Positions 60,267 to 64,000 of a DNA stretch of 64,000 nucleotides are shown here, one piece after another; the stretch's first letter is position 1; each line of letters begins with the position of its first letter. The stretch is taken from the NCBI GenBank assembly GCA_039630415.1, contig JBCNVB010000025.1:1-64000 (forward strand), written 5' to 3'. This DNA comes from a bacterium (lineage in GTDB: Bacteria; DRYD01). The notes below the pieces were generated by a model, which did no database searches, was not told the DNA's origin, and saw only the letters and a list, made by a program, of their open reading frames with translations. Both the position numbers and the translations under genes were made by a program.

Positions 60267-60279
60267 AAAACTAAAAACT
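60217..60279 (+). promoter_or_regulatory. putative H-type pseudoknot leader of recA
   Basis: TTCCGCC/GGCGGAA stem; loop CCGGTT is complementary to downstream AACCGG; linker TATAAATC; A-rich tract to the ATG. Confidence 0.55.
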
Positions 60280-61293
60280 ATGGAAACTGAATTAAAAAAA
60301 GATCAGAACATAAAAGAACAAATCCTAAAAACAGTTATTTCTCAGATAGAGAAAGAATTTGGAAAAGGTAGCATAATGAAGCTAGGACAGCAAGAAAGAT
60401 TAAATATTGAAGCTATATCTACAGGTAGTTTATCGTTGGATTTGGCAATGGGAGTTGGTGGGTTTCCCAGAGGTAGAATATCCGAAATTTTTGGTCAAGA
60501 GTCATCGGGTAAAACTACTCTAGCTTTAAGTGCGATAGCAAACGCTCAAAAAGCTGGAGGTATAGCCGCTTTTATAGATGCAGAACACGCTCTAGACCCA
60601 GAATATGCTCGAAAAATCGGTGTAGACGTAGATAACTTGTATATTTCGCAACCAGATAGTGGCGAACAAGCACTCTCCATTGTTGAAATGCTAGCTAAAA
60701 GCAATGCTGTAGATATCATTGTTATAGATTCTGTTGCTGCACTCGTTCCTCAAGCAGAAATAGAAGGCAACATAGGTGACCAATTCATAGGCTTACAAGC
60801 AAGATTAATGTCACAAGCTCTACGAAAACTAACATCCATAGTAGGTAAATCAAAAACAGCAGTAATATTCATAAATCAAGTAAGAGAAAAAGTAGGTATA
60901 ATGTTCGGTAATCCAGAAACCACACCAGGCGGTAGAGCACTTAAATTCTACGCAAGCGTAAGAGTAGAACTAAGAAAAATAGATAACATTAAAAAAGGGG
61001 AAGTTAGTATAGGAGCAAGAGTAAAAGCAAAAGTAGTAAAAAATAAACTCTCACCACCTTTCAAAGAAGCTCAATTCTCAATCATCTTTGGTAAAGGTAT
61101 AGATAAAATATCAGAGATAGCTGACCTGGCAACCGAAATGAATCTAATCTCAAAAACTGGTAGCTGGTACTCCATCGGAGATGAAAAAATAGGACAAGGT
61201 AGAGAAAAACTCATCGAATACTTAGAAAACAATCCATCACTACTTATAGAACTAGAAAGAAAAATATATGAACACCTAAAACAAACAGAGTAA
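60280..61293 (+). CDS. recA: recombinase RecA
   Basis: [42 protein letters not shown]. Confidence 0.98.
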   Translation: METELKKDQNIKEQILKTVISQIEKEFGKGSIMKLGQQERLNIEAISTGSLSLDLAMGVGGFPRGRISEIFGQESSGKTTLALSAIANAQKAGGIAAFIDAEHALDPEYARKIGVDVDNLYISQPDSGEQALSIVEMLAKSNAVDIIVIDSVAALVPQAEIEGNIGDQFIGLQARLMSQALRKLTSIVGKSKTAVIFINQVREKVGIMFGNPETTPGGRALKFYASVRVELRKIDNIKKGEVSIGARVKAKVVKNKLSPPFKEAQFSIIFGKGIDKISEIADLATEMNLISKTGSWYSIGDEKIGQGREKLIEYLENNPSLLIELERKIYEHLKQTE

Positions 61294-61296
61294 CCC

Positions 61297-61866
61297 ATGA
61301 GTAACATAAGAGCTTTTATAGCATTAAACCCTCCCTATCAAACTAAAAATTTCATAACCGTACAACTATTTAATCTCAAGCCCAATTTTAATTTTAGTGA
61401 TATCAAATGGACAGAAACAGAGAATTACCATCTAACATTCCTTTTCTTTAAATCCATAGATCAAGCTCAAATACTGTCTTACTTTGAAAAGTTACAAGAA
61501 TACTTAAAAGATCTTGAATCACAAAATCTTTCTATCTGTTCTACACTGGGATTCTTTAAAAATAAAGATGCTATAAAGGTAATTTATTTGAAAGTTGAGC
61601 CTGAAGAATTTGTACAAGAGATTTATCAGAGAATAAAAAAAGTATTTAGTTTTCACAAATTTGAAGAAAAATTTGTTCCGCATATAACAATTGGAAGAGT
61701 AAAAAGAAACCTTAGCTTAGATAAGGTGCAAATTTTAGAGAACTATAGGATTGAACCTGTAATTTTCAAAGCTCAAGAGATAAGCTTATTTAAGAGTACC
61801 CTAACTCCACTTGGACCTATCTACGATATAATAAAAACGATTACTCTAAAGAACAGTACAAAATGA
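61297..61866 (+). CDS. thpR: RNA 2',3'-cyclic phosphodiesterase (2H family)
   Basis: RAFIAL, two HxT motifs (HLT, HIT), STLTPLGPIY; adjacent to recA. Confidence 0.88.
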   Translation: MSNIRAFIALNPPYQTKNFITVQLFNLKPNFNFSDIKWTETENYHLTFLFFKSIDQAQILSYFEKLQEYLKDLESQNLSICSTLGFFKNKDAIKVIYLKVEPEEFVQEIYQRIKKVFSFHKFEEKFVPHITIGRVKRNLSLDKVQILENYRIEPVIFKAQEISLFKSTLTPLGPIYDIIKTITLKNSTK

Positions 61867-62858
61867 ATAAAAAGAGACTATTAGGGATAGTTGATTATCT
61901 GATTAAAAGTTACAAAGCTGGTTCGAGCACTTTGGAAATAGTAGAAAACTTACCAATATCCAATAAAGAGATTGTAAAGGCTGAGTTAGCAAATAGGAAT
62001 TCTTTATCTTCTGCTCTTAAAAAAGCTAACATACTTCCCTCGCATGTAGTTTATCTATTGGAAGCTGGGGAAAAAAGTGGAAAAGTTCCAGAAATACTTC
62101 AATCTTATCAAAAAATCCTTGAAAACCAAATCAAAATCGAAGCACAAATACAAGGTTATAAAAATTACCTCATGTTTATAAGCTTTGTTTTTCTATTTGG
62201 AATAATTATCTTCTACTTCATTTTTAATAATGTTATGTTACCTTTACTTGAAGATAGCCCAACAAAGCAAGGATCCTTGATAGGTATAATAAGAATAGTT
62301 AAAGATTTGCTTAATTCGTTAACCGTGGTTTTTGTTTTCTTATTAGTAATTCTTTTTAATATGCTTCTCAGTTTTAGAAACTTAGTTCTCGATATGTTTG
62401 AGTATTACATTTTAGGTAAACCTTATAGAAATCTTGCTTTTTCACAGATTATGACAGTATGGGGAAATTTGATATCTTCAGGTATATCAATTCCATTGTC
62501 CTTATATGTATCTGTTTCTACTCTGGAAAACTCACTAATAAAAGAGAAAATTAACTCCATCTTTTCTACTTTAACTAACAATTACACCCAGATAAGTAAT
62601 GAGATAATAAAGGAGATAGTTTTACTATTTCCAGAGGGAAATTTTCTAGTAGGTTCAATAACCAAAGGAACCCTAGACCAGGACTTAATATCCCTATCAG
62701 AAAGAGTTGTAGAAGAATCAACAAAAGACCTAGAAAAAAGAATAAGAGCAATAATGAGTATTCTAGTTACTTTAAGCCTAGTAATAGTTGGAGCACTTAT
62801 TGTTATAAGTTTCTTATCCATTTATGCGCCTTTAATAGAACAGCTTACAGGATCATGA
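61863..62858 (+). CDS. type II secretion F / PilC-like platform protein (divergent)
   Basis: SLSSAL, AGEKSGK, SSGISI, IYAPL; TM helices. Confidence 0.75.
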   Translation: MNKKRLLGIVDYLIKSYKAGSSTLEIVENLPISNKEIVKAELANRNSLSSALKKANILPSHVVYLLEAGEKSGKVPEILQSYQKILENQIKIEAQIQGYKNYLMFISFVFLFGIIIFYFIFNNVMLPLLEDSPTKQGSLIGIIRIVKDLLNSLTVVFVFLLVILFNMLLSFRNLVLDMFEYYILGKPYRNLAFSQIMTVWGNLISSGISIPLSLYVSVSTLENSLIKEKINSIFSTLTNNYTQISNEIIKEIVLLFPEGNFLVGSITKGTLDQDLISLSERVVEESTKDLEKRIRAIMSILVTLSLVIVGALIVISFLSIYAPLIEQLTGS

Positions 62859-63679
62859 TTGCAGATATTTTAAGTGATAAAAGATTTATAGTTGTTTTTA
62901 TAATTACCTTCTTTATATACTTTTCTGGCTCTGCAGCTGCTTCCATAAGATTTGCAGGTATAAAAACCAAACTCTTAAATACCTCCTATTCTCTGGCCAA
63001 TGTAATTTTTCTAATAGTTAGACTATCTAACTTACTTCAAACTCCTTTCCTAGGCTCTATGGTTGACATAGCTTACAAAGAAAATTCACTGGATTTACTC
63101 AGGATAAAGATACATTTGATAATACTCGCAAGCACTTTAGGATCAATAATAGGGATATTTTTCTTCTCAACTTCAGAAATAATCTTTCGCAAATGGGTAG
63201 AGTTATTCGATAGGAAAAAAAGTGTACTTTCTACCATCGCCTATGCACTTAGTTTCAAAACTATAATTTTTATAATAAAGTCCCTTACGATACCTAAGTT
63301 TTATTTGAAAAAAGAATATTTAAGAAGAGTTCCGAGAGTTGTTTTCTTTTCGTGTGTTATAATTGGCGCTTTTTGGACTACAGGAGTACTATCAGCAATA
63401 TATGCGAGTGTTATAGTTCCGGAATACGCAAGAACAGCTACTATCCTTTCAGGTATAGTCAATGGAGTAGCAACTATTCTTTTTACAATATTCCTTGATC
63501 CAATAGTAGCAAACATAACAGATAAGGTATACAATAACCAAGAAAACATTGAATATCTATACAACGTCATGTGGGTTAACCTAGTAGGAACAGTATTGGG
63601 AACTATTCTAGCACAAATAGTATTTCTACCAGGAGCAATAGTTATAGCATACATAACTACTTTATTTTCAAAAATATAA
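62855..63679 (+). CDS. lipid II flippase Amj family (DUF2837)
   Basis: RFAGIKT, R.SN..Q.P.LG, GVLSAIYAS, LSGIVNGVATIL...LDP, GTILAQ. Confidence 0.8.
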   Translation: MIADILSDKRFIVVFIITFFIYFSGSAAASIRFAGIKTKLLNTSYSLANVIFLIVRLSNLLQTPFLGSMVDIAYKENSLDLLRIKIHLIILASTLGSIIGIFFFSTSEIIFRKWVELFDRKKSVLSTIAYALSFKTIIFIIKSLTIPKFYLKKEYLRRVPRVVFFSCVIIGAFWTTGVLSAIYASVIVPEYARTATILSGIVNGVATILFTIFLDPIVANITDKVYNNQENIEYLYNVMWVNLVGTVLGTILAQIVFLPGAIVIAYITTLFSKI

Positions 63680-63688
63680 AAAACCAGT

Positions 63689-64000
63689 ATGCTGAGAAGA
63701 TTAAGGAAAAACAGAAAAATAATAAATCTAGTTTCGAATGTATTTATCCATCCTCAGAACTTTATTTATCCCTTTTTTATCATAGAGGGTAAAAAAATTA
63801 AGCAAGAAATCCCTTCTATGAAAGGAATCTATAGGCTATCAATTGATTATGTTCTAAAGGAAATTGAAAAATGTTTAGAACTAGGAATAGGTAACTTTAT
63901 ACTCTTTGGAGTTGAGCATAGGAAAGATGAGAAAGGAAGTTGGGCTTATAAAAGAGAAGGGATAATACCCAAAGCCATTAGGAAAATAAAACAAACATTT
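63689..64000 (+). CDS. hemB: delta-aminolevulinic acid dehydratase, 5' part
   Basis: Own translation MLRRLRKN...FIYPFFI...IPSMKGIYR...ILFGV..KDEKGS; runs off window. Confidence 0.9.
   Translation, partial: MLRRLRKNRKIINLVSNVFIHPQNFIYPFFIIEGKKIKQEIPSMKGIYRLSIDYVLKEIEKCLELGIGNFILFGVEHRKDEKGSWAYKREGIIPKAIRKIKQTF

Noticed and set aside
60254-60279. preQ1-I riboswitch (AAAAAACTAA tail resemblance)
   Set aside because: Loop consensus is absent and the downstream gene is recA; treated instead as part of the candidate new motif.
53482-61293. Inteins in dnaE or recA
   Set aside because: Lengths are normal and there are no intein-like insertions.
1-64000. CRISPR arrays, rRNA, transposases, integrases, prophage
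   Set aside because: No repeat-spacer arrays or such ORFs seen; tRNA 3' ends show no att-like duplications within the window.

Overview
Low-GC, densely packed chromosomal segment of a diderm bacterium (lpxC, LptD-like gene). It carries about 60 mostly housekeeping genes in an unusually scrambled order (ssb, murD, cysS, folD, lepB, rnpA, tsaD, folE, hflX, recF, rsmA, sucD, rpmA, rng, dnaE, coaX, recA, hemB) and four tRNA genes without encoded CCA (Gly-TCC, Trp-CCA, Ser-GCT, Arg-TCG). It also has dispersed type IV pilus/competence genes, three Hanks-type kinases, a PP2C phosphatase and an orphan FliG-like gene. I saw no CRISPR array, rRNA or mobile element. Most notable: (1) a covarying H-type pseudoknot plus A-rich, SD-less leader found upstream of both ssb and recA, reminiscent of the T4 gene 32 autoregulatory element; (2) lpxC and the LptD-like gene are each frameshifted at a 10-nt homopolymer; (3) each tRNA is followed within 9-29 nt by an SD-less CDS; (4) kb-scale G/T versus A/C compositional switching independent of gene strand; (5) a secreted redoxin-like protein with a metallothionein-like tail. 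All calls were made by eye, with no database searches.
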